DNA of 36,099 nucleotides from an uncultured Gemmatimonadaceae bacterium (GCA_964627675.1 CAZVKD010000002.1:4207-40305); one strand, 5' to 3'. Numbered from the stretch's first letter, positions 17,367-25,780 are shown. Made by a program: numbers and translations. The notes: generated from the sequence alone by a model not told the origin.

Positions 17367-18356
17367 ATGACCTTGGAGCCGGAGCAGCTGGTCGGTCGGA
17401 CCGTGGGCCCCTACACCATTGACAAGTTAATCGGTCAGGGGGGGTTTGCCTGGGTGTTCTCCGCACGCAGCGGGGCTGGCGCGGCGGTCGCGCTCAAGAT
17501 CCTCCGGCCGCGCTACGCGGGAGACGAGCAGTTCGCCACGCGCTTCCGCAACGAAGCCAAGGTGGCCCTGGACCTGCGGCATCCCAACATCGTCCGGGTG
17601 ATTGATTTCGGCGAGGCCGACGACCTCACGTACTTCGCGATGGACTTCTATCCCGATTCCCTCGCGGCACGGGTCGGTCGCGAGGGTGCGCTCCGGGAAA
17701 CAGACCTCGTGCGGATCGCCGTGGATGTCGTCACCGGACTCGCGTACGCGCATCAGGCCGGCATCGTCCATCGGGACATCAAGGCCGACAACATAATGTT
17801 CACGGAAGACGGGACAGCGGTGATCGCCGATTTCGGGATCGCCCGGGCCCTCGCGAGCTACGTGACGGCCACGGGCGTGAACATGACGATCGGCACGGCG
17901 GCCTACGTGTCACCCGAGCAGGCGCAGGGACGACCCCTCGATGGGCGCAGTGATCTCTACGCGCTGGGCGTGACCCTGTACAAGGCAGCCACCGGTGAGG
18001 TGCCCTTCAAGTCCACCGACTGGTTCGAGCTGGCGCGCATGCACGTGGAGGTCCCGCCGGAGTCCCCGCGAGTGAAGAACCCCGCCCTGTCCCGCCGGCT
18101 GGAGCGGATCATCCTGAAGTGCCTCGCCAAGCACCCCGACGACCGCTACCCCTCGGCCTTCGATCTGTTACAGGAGCTTCAGCAGATTCAAGCGGAGACC
18201 CGGCGGACCGAGAGCTTCGGCGTGGGCCCCAGCACCGTGATCCGTGCGATGCGAGCGCCTCCCCGCAAGGACCGCCCCGGGTGGGTGCTGGCGCTCGCGG
18301 CCCTCGCCGTGGTGGTGCTGGCCGCCCTGGTGGTGATCCTGCTGGGGAACCGGTGA
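17367..18356 (+). CDS. Hanks-type Ser/Thr protein kinase, C-terminally membrane-anchored
   Basis: Kinase motifs are the Gly-loop GQGGFAWVF, VALKIL (catalytic Lys), HRDIKADNIMF, DFGIA, and YVSPEQ. The C-terminus is a single TM (WVLALAALAVVVLAALVVILLG) followed by only NR. Confidence 0.9.
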   Translation: MTLEPEQLVGRTVGPYTIDKLIGQGGFAWVFSARSGAGAAVALKILRPRYAGDEQFATRFRNEAKVALDLRHPNIVRVIDFGEADDLTYFAMDFYPDSLAARVGREGALRETDLVRIAVDVVTGLAYAHQAGIVHRDIKADNIMFTEDGTAVIADFGIARALASYVTATGVNMTIGTAAYVSPEQAQGRPLDGRSDLYALGVTLYKAATGEVPFKSTDWFELARMHVEVPPESPRVKNPALSRRLERIILKCLAKHPDDRYPSAFDLLQELQQIQAETRRTESFGVGPSTVIRAMRAPPRKDRPGWVLALAALAVVVLAALVVILLGNR

Positions 18357-18474
18357 GCCCCCGGGGCGCCCGTCCGACCGACGATCCGGGAACCGGCGGC
18401 CGCAGACCATCGCGAGGCCTGATGACGCATCGGCCGTTCCTCGAATCGTCCTCGCATCGTGGGTGATCGTCCGG

Positions 18475-19866
18475 CTAGCGCCCCACGATCCTCAGCACGT
18501 CATTCGCCAGCGCCAGCAGCATGACCGCGAGCAAGAGGGCCACGCCCGCCTGACTCAGGCGAATCCGCCAGGCTCGCGGCAGCGGGCGGCGTAGCACGCC
18601 CTCGGCCAGCAAGAACACCAGCCGGCCGCCGTCCAGCACGGGAATGGGCAAGAGATTCAACACGGCGAGGTTCACCGAGAACAGCGCGAGGAAGGAGAGC
18701 AGCGGCTCCAAGCCCACGCGGGCGAGCTGCCCCGACAGCTGCCCCACGAAGATGGGGCCGCCCAGTTCTCGCGCGGAGATCTGACCGAGCACCAGCCCCT
18801 TCACCGCAGCCCCGACCATGCCGGCGTCCGCCGCCACCCGGCGCGCGCCCTCGATCACGGCGTCAACCGGCCCGAAACGCTGCCGCACCACCGGCGCCTG
18901 GACCCCGACCCCGATCTTCCCCACGATTCGCGTCGCGCCGGTTCTCGCGTCGCGGCCTTCTTCCGGGACGGGGACCACCGGCACCGTGATGCGGGCCTCC
19001 CCCCGCAGGACAACCAGCACCACGGTGTCCCCGGGGTGTCCCTCGATCACTCGCACCAGCTGTTGCCAGTGCCGTACCGAATCCTCGTTGGCGCGAAGGA
19101 CCAGGTCGCCGGGCGCAAGCCCGGCCCGATCCGCCACGCGACCCGGCGCGACCTCTCCCAACCGCGGCTCCCACCGCGGGATCAAGGCGCGGAGCAACGC
19201 TACCCGGGCATCGCCGTCGCGGGGTGGCAGGGGTACGAAGAGCGGCTCCGACCGGCCCGCCAAGTCGAATCGCAGATCCTGGCTCGTGTGATCCAACACG
19301 GCCTGGGTGATGTCTTCCCAGCGCGCAATCAGTCGGGCGTTCACCCGCAGCACCGTGGCCGGCAAGGGCACCGCCTTCCAGGCCGCTGCGGCTTCCGGCA
19401 GCAGCGTGGTGTCCACCTCGGCGACGGTCGTGGTCGGATCCTCCACGCGGCCATACACGGCGGCGAGGCTCGCGTACACCAACCAGGCAAAGACCGCGTT
19501 CATGGTGACGCCGGCGACCAGCACGCCGACGCGCGCCAGGAGCGGCTTTCGCTCGAAGACTTGTTCAGGAGGGAATCCCCCCGTGGCATCTCCTTCGCCG
19601 CCGCCCTCGAGGGCCGCCGCGCCGCTCCGCCGGTCAACCTCGGCCTCTTCCTCGCTCGCCATCATCACGTAGCCGCCGAGCGGAATCCACGACACGACGT
19701 ACTCGGTGCCGGCCCGGCGGACGCGCAGCGGGGTGGCGGGACCGAACCCGATCGAGAAGCGCACCACGCCAACGCCGGCGGCCTTGGCCGCCAGGAAATG
19801 TCCCAGCTCGTGCACGAAGATCACGACGCCGAGAACGAAGATGGCCGCGATGATGGTCAGCAGCAC
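18475..19866 (-). CDS. rseP: RIP metalloprotease RseP (site-2 protease, M50 family)
   Basis: It has HELGHF near the N-terminus, an internal PDZ-like segment (GLAPGDLVL) and a C-terminal NLLPIPVLDGG motif. The GTG at 19866 is preceded by GGAGG and overlaps the dxr 3' end by 10 nt. Confidence 0.92.
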   Translation of the reverse strand: MLLTIIAAIFVLGVVIFVHELGHFLAAKAAGVGVVRFSIGFGPATPLRVRRAGTEYVVSWIPLGGYVMMASEEEAEVDRRSGAAALEGGGEGDATGGFPPEQVFERKPLLARVGVLVAGVTMNAVFAWLVYASLAAVYGRVEDPTTTVAEVDTTLLPEAAAAWKAVPLPATVLRVNARLIARWEDITQAVLDHTSQDLRFDLAGRSEPLFVPLPPRDGDARVALLRALIPRWEPRLGEVAPGRVADRAGLAPGDLVLRANEDSVRHWQQLVRVIEGHPGDTVVLVVLRGEARITVPVVPVPEEGRDARTGATRIVGKIGVGVQAPVVRQRFGPVDAVIEGARRVAADAGMVGAAVKGLVLGQISARELGGPIFVGQLSGQLARVGLEPLLSFLALFSVNLAVLNLLPIPVLDGGRLVFLLAEGVLRRPLPRAWRIRLSQAGVALLLAVMLLALANDVLRIVGR

Positions 19867-20984
19867 GCCGCCTCCGCGCGCTCACGGGCCCAGCGGTCAG
19901 CCGCCAGGATGCCCTCCAGGTCGTGCGCCGCCTGGACGTCGTGCGCCTCCAACACCCGCGCGATGACGTGGGGGATTCGGCCGAACGGCAGGCGGCGGTC
20001 AAGACAGGCCTGCACCGCGACCTCGTTCGCCGCGTTGAAGACCGCCGGAGCGGTGCCCCCTCGGCACCCGGCGTTCACGCCAAGCTCGAATGCGGGAAAC
20101 GCGTCGCGTCGCAGGGGCTCGAACGTCAGCGAGCCGATGGCCACGGGATCGAACCGCCGCGCGCCGTCGTCGGGCAGGCGCTCGGGGTGGGTCAGGGCAT
20201 ACAGGATGGGCAGCTCCATGGTCGGGAACCCGACTTGCGCCAGGACCGAGCCGTCGGTGAACTCCACGAAGCCGTGAACCACGGATTGCGGGTGCACCAC
20301 CACCTCGATCGCCTCGTACCCCACGCCAAAGAGGTAGTGTCCCTCGATCACTTCCAGAGCCTTGTTGACCATGGTGGCGCTGTCCACCGTGATCTTCGGC
20401 CCCATGCGCCACGTCGGATGATCGAGGGCTTGCTCCAGCGTGGCCGCCGCCAAACGCTCGGCCGGCCACTGCCGGAATGGGCCGCCTGAGGCCGTCAGGA
20501 TGAGCCGTCGAACCGTCCCGGGCCCGGCGCCGGTCACGCATTGCAGCACCGCGCTGTGCTCGGAATCGATCGGCACAAGCTCTCCTCCGCCGCGGCGGGC
20601 CGTCTCCAGGACCAGGTCCCCGGCCATCACCAGGGTCTCTTTGTTCGCCAGCGCCACTCGCTTTCCCGCGCCCAGCGCCGCCAGCGTCGCACGAAGACCG
20701 GCGGCGCCGACGACGGCATTGACCACCACCTTGACCTCGGGGTGGGTCGCGGCCTCCACCAGGCAGGACTCGCCCCTGGAACCACGCGCGGCATCCGCGT
20801 TGCCGGCTCCCCGCACCAGGCCAACGAACGCCGCGCCCGTCTCGCGCGCTTGTCGCTCGAGCAGGTCCCCCGAGTCGTACGCCGTGAGCGCCACCACGCG
20901 GAAGCGGTCGCGATGCCGGCCCAGCACGCGGAGGGCGCTGGTGCCGATTGACCCGGTCGAGCCCAGGATGGCGACCCCGATCAC
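19857..20984 (-). CDS. dxr: 1-deoxy-D-xylulose 5-phosphate reductoisomerase
   Basis: The sequence VIGVAILGSTGSIGTSAL...LANKETLV...IDSEHSA...LTASGGPFR...HPTWRMGPKITVDSATM.NK is diagnostic. The start is trimmed to the GTG at 20984 (GGAGGAGG upstream; GTGA overlap with the cdsA stop), giving 375 aa. The ORF-track 499-aa call is over-extended. Confidence 0.93.
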   Translation of the reverse strand: MIGVAILGSTGSIGTSALRVLGRHRDRFRVVALTAYDSGDLLERQARETGAAFVGLVRGAGNADAARGSRGESCLVEAATHPEVKVVVNAVVGAAGLRATLAALGAGKRVALANKETLVMAGDLVLETARRGGGELVPIDSEHSAVLQCVTGAGPGTVRRLILTASGGPFRQWPAERLAAATLEQALDHPTWRMGPKITVDSATMVNKALEVIEGHYLFGVGYEAIEVVVHPQSVVHGFVEFTDGSVLAQVGFPTMELPILYALTHPERLPDDGARRFDPVAIGSLTFEPLRRDAFPAFELGVNAGCRGGTAPAVFNAANEVAVQACLDRRLPFGRIPHVIARVLEAHDVQAAHDLEGILAADRWARERAEAACC

Positions 20985-21841
20985 GGTCCTCCTCCCCCGC
21001 CCACCGCCAGGATCAGCGCGGTGCCCGGAACGGTCCAGTACAGCGAATCGAGTCGGTCCAGCACCCCGCCATGGCCGGGAAAGAACACCCCGGAATCCTT
21101 CACCCCCGCCTCGCGCTTGAGCAGTGACTCGGCCAGATCGCCGAACTGCCCGGCCGTGCCAACGAAGGCCCCGCAGGCCACCAGTTGCCACAGGGGAACG
21201 TTCAGTCCCAGGCCGCCCACGACCAACGTGCCCCACAGCGGCGCCACGAGCACGGCTCCCAGCGACCCGGCGACGGCGCCCGACCAGGTCTTCGAGGGGC
21301 TCAGCGCCGGCGCAAGCTTGGCTCCCCCGAATGCGGCGCCACCCGCCATGGCGCACGTGTCACACGCCCATGTGGTCACGAGTGGGAGAAAGGCGAGCGC
21401 CGTGGCCGGGCCGGGGTCGGCGCCTCCCGGTGGATACCGCAGGACGATCAACGTCGCCGGCAGTGCGCCAGCATAGGTCGCGCCCAGCAGCGTGACGCCG
21501 ATACCGGCCATCGGCCCGCGATCCGGCGAGCGCGTGGCCGTGGCGGTCCCCAGGACCACGAGAAGCCACGCGGCGGGCAGGAGCAGGATCCAGTCGCCGA
21601 TACTCGGCTGCGTCCGGGTGAGGTAGGCCAGGACCGGAAAGAGCGTGGCACCGGCGAATCCCACGGCCGCCATCGCCTGGATGCCGCGACGGGCGGCCAG
21701 CGCGAAAACCTCCCGGGCGCCGGCCACGCCCAGCAGGGCCAACACGCCCACCAGCATCCAGCCGCCCGCGTACACTGCTCCGGCCGCCAGGGGAATGGCG
21801 ACCGCCGCGACGGCGATCCGCCGCCCGAGTGATCCTGCCAT
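20981..21841 (-). CDS. cdsA: Phosphatidate cytidylyltransferase (CDP-diglyceride synthase)
   Basis: A polytopic membrane protein with the CdsA signature near the C-terminus (SLLKREAGVKDSGVFFPGHGGVLDRLDS). Confidence 0.9.
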   Translation of the reverse strand: MAGSLGRRIAVAAVAIPLAAGAVYAGGWMLVGVLALLGVAGAREVFALAARRGIQAMAAVGFAGATLFPVLAYLTRTQPSIGDWILLLPAAWLLVVLGTATATRSPDRGPMAGIGVTLLGATYAGALPATLIVLRYPPGGADPGPATALAFLPLVTTWACDTCAMAGGAAFGGAKLAPALSPSKTWSGAVAGSLGAVLVAPLWGTLVVGGLGLNVPLWQLVACGAFVGTAGQFGDLAESLLKREAGVKDSGVFFPGHGGVLDRLDSLYWTVPGTALILAVGGGGGP

Positions 21842-21854
21842 CGCCCCGAGGAGG

Positions 21855-22409
21855 TCAGACCTCCATGATCTCGTGCTCCTTGGCCTTCACGATCGCGTCA
21901 ATCTGCTTGATGGCGTCGTCGTGCAGCTTCTGCACTTCCTTGTCGGTGCGATGCTTATCGTCCTCGGAGACGTGCTCGACCTTTTTCACCTGGGCAATCG
22001 CGTCCGTCCGGGCATGGCGGATGGCAATCCGCCCTTCTTCGGCGAGCTTGTGCACCACCTTCACCAGCTCCTTGCGCCGCTCCTCCGTGAGCGGTGGCAG
22101 CGGAATGCGGATGAGGGCGCCGTCATTGGCCGGATTGAGCCCAAGATCCGAGGCGCGAATGGCGCGCTCGATGGCCCCGAGCAGCGTCCTGTCCCAGGGC
22201 TGGACCGTGAGCAGCCGGGCCTCCGGCGCGGCCACGCTCGCCACCTGATTCAACGGGAGATGCTGCCCGTAGGCCTCCACGCGCACCACGTCCAGCAGGC
22301 TGGTCGTCGCCTTGCCGCTGCGAATCGAGGCCAGCTCGTGCTTGGTGTTGTCGATCGCCTTCTGCATGGCCTCTTTGGCGTGTCGCGTAATGTCGGGGAG
22401 GGTGCTCAT
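21855..22409 (-). CDS. frr: Ribosome recycling factor
   Basis: The sequence ...[22 protein letters not shown]...PLNQVA...PWD......[31 protein letters not shown]... is diagnostic. The ATG at 22409 forms an ATGA overlap with the pyrH stop and gives 184 aa. Confidence 0.95.
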   Translation of the reverse strand: MSTLPDITRHAKEAMQKAIDNTKHELASIRSGKATTSLLDVVRVEAYGQHLPLNQVASVAAPEARLLTVQPWDRTLLGAIERAIRASDLGLNPANDGALIRIPLPPLTEERRKELVKVVHKLAEEGRIAIRHARTDAIAQVKKVEHVSEDDKHRTDKEVQKLHDDAIKQIDAIVKAKEHEIMEV

Positions 22410-23122
22410 CGGACAAGGGTGCCGACGCGCTCCCCGCTGAGGACGCGGGCGATCGCGCCGGGCTGGTTGACGTTCATGACAACGATGGGAAGTCCGTTCT
22501 CCTTGCACAGGCCGAAGGCATTCGCGTCCATGACGGCGAGGCCCCGGACCAGCGCGTCTTGAAAGGTCAGCTCCGGAATGAACCGGGCGGCGGCGTCCCG
22601 CTTGGGATCTGCGGTGTACACCCCGTCCACCCCCGTTGCCTTGACCAACAGGTCCGCCTCGATCTCCAGCGCGCGCAACACGGCGGCCGTGTCCGTGGAG
22701 AAATAGGGGTTCCCGGTGCCGGCGGCGAAGATGACCACCCGACCCTTCTCCAGGTGCCGCTGCGCCCGACGCCGAATGTAGGGCTCCGCCAGTTCCTCCA
22801 TGCGGATTGCCGTCATGACCCGGGTTTCAATGCCGCGGCGCTCCAGGATGTCCTGGAGCGCCAGCGCGTTGATGACGGTGGCGAGCATGCCCATGTAATC
22901 AGCCGACACTCGGTCCATACCCTGCTGGCTGGCTTCGGTGCCGCGAACGATGTTGCCGCCGCCGACCACGAGACCCAGGCTCGCTCCCAGCGCGTGCACG
23001 CCCGCGACTTCCTGCGCCAGCCGCTCGATCACGCCGAAATCGAGGCCGAAGCCGCGCTGTCCCGCGAGCGACTCGCCGGACAACTTCACGAGGGCCCGCC
23101 GGTAGGCGAGCTGCGGCATCAC
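22406..23122 (-). CDS. pyrH: UMP kinase
   Basis: The sequence [15 protein letters not shown]...[12 protein letters not shown]...[21 protein letters not shown]...[18 protein letters not shown] is diagnostic. The start is either the GTG at 23122 (GTGA overlap with the tsf stop) or the ATG at 23119. Confidence 0.95.
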   Translation of the reverse strand: MMPQLAYRRALVKLSGESLAGQRGFGLDFGVIERLAQEVAGVHALGASLGLVVGGGNIVRGTEASQQGMDRVSADYMGMLATVINALALQDILERRGIETRVMTAIRMEELAEPYIRRRAQRHLEKGRVVIFAAGTGNPYFSTDTAAVLRALEIEADLLVKATGVDGVYTADPKRDAAARFIPELTFQDALVRGLAVMDANAFGLCKENGLPIVVMNVNQPGAIARVLSGERVGTLVR

Positions 23123-23727
23123 CCTTCTCCCAGTTTGAACCGCACGAACCGACTGACGACGACGTTCTCGCCCACTTTTCCCGAAATGGCCCTGACCACA
23201 TCGCCCACGGTGAGTTTGTCGTCCTTGACGAACGTCTGCTCGAGCAGGACGCGTTCCTGGAAAAACTTCTTGAGTTTCCCTTCGACCATCTTGTCCCAGA
23301 TCTTCTCGGGCTTGCCCGACTCGGCGGCCTGGGCGCGATAGATCGCCTTCTCGCGCTCCAGCAGGTCGGCGGGAACGTCCTCGACCCGAACCGCGATGGG
23401 CGTGGGGTCGTGCGACGCAATGTGCATGGCCAGGTCGCGAGCGAGGTTCTGAAAGTCCTCGGTGCGTGCCACGAAGTCCGTCTCACAGTTGACCTCCACC
23501 AGCACGCCGACCTTCCCGTTGTGGTGGATGTAACTGCCGATGACGCCTTCGGACGTTCCACGGCCGGCTCGCCGTTCGCCCTTGGCAATGCCTTTCTTGC
23601 GCAGCAGGTCCACGGCCTTCTCCATGTCCCCGCCCGCCTCCTCCAGGGCATGCTTGCAGTCCATCATGCCCGCGCCGGTTCGGGCGCGCAGGGCCGCCAC
23701 GTCTTTTGCCGTAATCGTGATTGTCAT
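23119..23727 (-). CDS. tsf: Elongation factor Ts (short, about 200-aa form)
   Basis: The N-terminal UBA-like segment is [46 protein letters not shown]. It continues with ...[25 protein letters not shown]. Confidence 0.94.
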   Translation of the reverse strand: MTITITAKDVAALRARTGAGMMDCKHALEEAGGDMEKAVDLLRKKGIAKGERRAGRGTSEGVIGSYIHHNGKVGVLVEVNCETDFVARTEDFQNLARDLAMHIASHDPTPIAVRVEDVPADLLEREKAIYRAQAAESGKPEKIWDKMVEGKLKKFFQERVLLEQTFVKDDKLTVGDVVRAISGKVGENVVVSRFVRFKLGEG

Positions 23728-23762
23728 ATCCCGCGTGTTTCTCCTTCAGACTCCCGTACGTG

Positions 23763-23809
23763 AAAACCGCCGCCTCTCGAGGCCCGGTAACCGGCCCGAG
23801 AGCGGCGGT
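23763..23809 (-). terminator. Imperfect ~19-bp GC-rich hairpin with a short U-run in the rpsB-tsf spacer (attenuator/partial terminator candidate)
   Basis: The minus strand reads ACCGCCGCTCTCGGGCCGG-TTA-CCGGGCCTCGAGAGGCGGCGGT followed by TTTCA. I count about 19 pairs with three single-base bulges. It sits between the rpsB stop (23842) and the tsf ATG (23727). Confidence 0.45.
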
Positions 23810-23841
23810 GTGGGCTCGGCCGCCGCGGCGCCCGGCCGCGA

Positions 23842-24729
23842 TCAGCCCTCGGCGGTCTCTGCTGCGCCGAGGTCCGCCGACTCGCCTCCCGGCTCGCCCT
23901 TCAGGCGCGCCACGATTGCCTCGGGCTTCGGGCGCCGGCGCCGCCGCACGCGCTTGCGCCTCGGCCGATCCTCAGGCTCGCCCTCGGTGCCCGCGTCCGT
24001 GGAATAGGTGTACCCCTCGCCCTCTTCCGTCGCTTCCCGCAGCGGAACCTGCGCGCGGGCCTCCGCAATCACGTCCACCAACGCGTGCGTGATGAGGGAC
24101 ACGGACCGAATGGCGTCGTCGTTTCCCGGGATCGGCACCGTGATGAGATCGGGATCGGCATTGGTGTCAACGATGGCGACCACGGGAATGCCGAGCTTGT
24201 TGGCCTCCGCGATCGCAATGCGTTCCTTCTTGGCGTCCACCACGAACAGGGCCCCCGGCAGCCGCCCCATGTTCTTGATGCCCTCCAGATACCGATTGAG
24301 CTTCTGCCGTTCCCGCTCGAACAGCAGCTGCTCTTTCTTGGTGAAGAAGTCATACGCCCCGTCTTCGAGGCCCTGCTCGATCTCCTTCAGGCGGCGCACC
24401 TGCTTCTTGATCGTCTGGAAGTTCGTGAGCAGCCCGCCAAGCCACCGTTCCGTCACCCAGAACGCGCCGCAGCGTTCGGCCTCGACGCGCAGGATGTTCT
24501 TGAGCTGTTTCTTGGTGCACACGAACAGCACGCCCTCGCCCCGCATCACCACGCTCCGCAGCAGCTCCTGCGCCGCCTGGAGCTGGCGCAACGTCTTCTG
24601 CAAGTCAATGAGGTAGATGCCCGATCGTTCGGCGAAAATGAACCGGCGCATCTTGGGATTCCACCGTCGCGTCTGGTGGCCGAAGTGCACGCCGGCTTCG
24701 AGCAATTCCTGCAACTGCGGCTGCGTCAT
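23842..24729 (-). CDS. rpsB: 30S ribosomal protein S2 with a ~65-aa charged C-terminal extension
   Basis: The sequence LLEAGVHFGHQTRRWNPKM..FIF.ER.GI.IIDL.KT......VDTN.DPD....IPGNDDAIRS is diagnostic. The ATG at 24729 is preceded by GAGGAG. The tail contains RPRRKRVRRRRRPKP flanked by acidic runs. Confidence 0.94.
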   Translation of the reverse strand: MTQPQLQELLEAGVHFGHQTRRWNPKMRRFIFAERSGIYLIDLQKTLRQLQAAQELLRSVVMRGEGVLFVCTKKQLKNILRVEAERCGAFWVTERWLGGLLTNFQTIKKQVRRLKEIEQGLEDGAYDFFTKKEQLLFERERQKLNRYLEGIKNMGRLPGALFVVDAKKERIAIAEANKLGIPVVAIVDTNADPDLITVPIPGNDDAIRSVSLITHALVDVIAEARAQVPLREATEEGEGYTYSTDAGTEGEPEDRPRRKRVRRRRRPKPEAIVARLKGEPGGESADLGAAETAEG

Positions 24730-24929
24730 GACTCCTCGTCTCTGGGTTGAATCCGCCACCACCTTCCTCTCCCGCTCTGATTCACCGACGTGAACACCCG
24801 GAGCAGGATCCGGCGGTGTGTGTCAAGAGTTCTCGGTTCAGCAGCCGCTGGTTCGGCGGGCTCGCCCTGGGGCGAACGGGTAGCGGCCTGGCCGCCGGCC
24901 GCTGACGGTCGATCGCGCACGGCCACCGC

Positions 24930-25334
24930 TTACCGCTTGCTGAACTGGAAGCGCTTCCTGGCCCCCGGCCGGCCGGGCTTCTTGCGCTCCACCGCGCGGG
25001 GGTCTCGGGTCAACAGTTTCTGCTCGCGCAGCTTGCGGCGATGCGTGTCGTCGGCGCCGACCAGCGCCCGGGCAATCGCCAGGCGGAGCGCGCCGGCCTG
25101 TCCGGTCATCCCACCGCCATGCACCAGGGCCCGAACGTCAAAAGCCCCCAGCGTGTCGGTCACCGCGAAGGGCTCCTGGATGTGCTGGACCAGAGAACGC
25201 CGCGGGAAGTAATCCCCGAGCGTCCGACCGTTCACATCCCACTTCCCGGACCCGGGCGTGAGATACACCCTGGCCACCGACGTCTTGCGGCGCCCCACCG
25301 CCTGCCACCGCAGCTCCGGCTGAACGATCGTCAT
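24930..25334 (-). CDS. rpsI: 30S ribosomal protein S9
   Basis: The sequence GRRKTSVARV.L..G.G...VNG........GGG.TGQAGA.R.AIARAL......KPGRPGARKRFQFSKR is diagnostic. The start forms an ATGA overlap with the rplM stop. Confidence 0.96.
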   Translation of the reverse strand: MTIVQPELRWQAVGRRKTSVARVYLTPGSGKWDVNGRTLGDYFPRRSLVQHIQEPFAVTDTLGAFDVRALVHGGGMTGQAGALRLAIARALVGADDTHRRKLREQKLLTRDPRAVERKKPGRPGARKRFQFSKR

Positions 25335-25780
25335 GCCACCGCCCCCGCTTTTCTCAGGTCAACGCGACCCGGCTGCTGGGCGGCGTGGGGATGTTCTGGC
25401 CCCGCGTACACCCGAAGCTTATGACGCAGGCGCTGGCGGGCGAGCGTGTTCTTGGGCAGCATGCCGAAAACGGCATGTTCGATCACACGCTCGGGGCGAG
25501 CACGCGACGCGGGGGTGAAGCGCTCGTGCCCCATGTATCCCGAATGCCGGAAGTAGCGCTTCTGCTGCCATTTGCGTCCGGTCAACCGAACCCTGGCGGC
25601 GTTGACCACGATGACGAAATCCCCGCCATCCATGTGCGGCGTGAAGGTCGGCTTGTGCTTGCCGCGGATGAGCTGCGCTACCACGCTCGCCAGGCGACCG
25701 AGCGAGACGCCGTCGGCGTCCACCAGGTGCCAGCGATGATCCAACTCCGCGGGTGTCTGCGAGTATGTTCGTGTCCGCAT
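25331..25780 (-). CDS. rplM: 50S ribosomal protein L13
   Basis: The protein begins MRTRTYSQTPAELDHRWHLVDADGVSLGRLASVVAQLIRGKHKPTFTPHMDGGDFVIVVNA. It continues ...YFRHSGYMG......ML.KN.L.....KL.VY.G. The ATG at 25780 gives 149 aa. The ORF-track 284-aa call is over-extended. Confidence 0.95.
   Translation of the reverse strand: MRTRTYSQTPAELDHRWHLVDADGVSLGRLASVVAQLIRGKHKPTFTPHMDGGDFVIVVNAARVRLTGRKWQQKRYFRHSGYMGHERFTPASRARPERVIEHAVFGMLPKNTLARQRLRHKLRVYAGPEHPHAAQQPGRVDLRKAGAVA

Noticed and set aside
18416-18435. Small hairpin GGCCTGATG-ACG-CATCGGCC in the 118-nt convergent gap between the kinase and rseP, considered as a bidirectional terminator.
   Set aside because: It has only ~8 bp with a bulge, a 3-nt loop, and no U/A tracts on either side. 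This is too weak to call.
24821-24826. A perfect TTGACA -35 hexamer (minus strand) upstream of rpsB.
   Set aside because: No -10-like TAnnnT lies at 16-19 nt spacing; the sequence there is CTCCGG. I do not call a promoter and mention it only in the spacer finding.
24726-24926. A 66-codon minus-strand ORF that exactly fills the rpsI-rpsB spacer. Its GTG lies 3 nt after the rpsI stop and its TGA overlaps the rpsB ATG as ATGA.
   Set aside because: By my count third-position GC is about 68%, equal to bulk GC. Neighbouring real genes such as rpsI are clearly higher (my rough estimate ~85%). The product (MAVRDRPSAAGGQAATRSPQGEPAEPAAAEP...) is low-complexity. The frame also contains the probable rpsB promoter/leader. 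It is most likely non-coding, and ribosome profiling would settle it.
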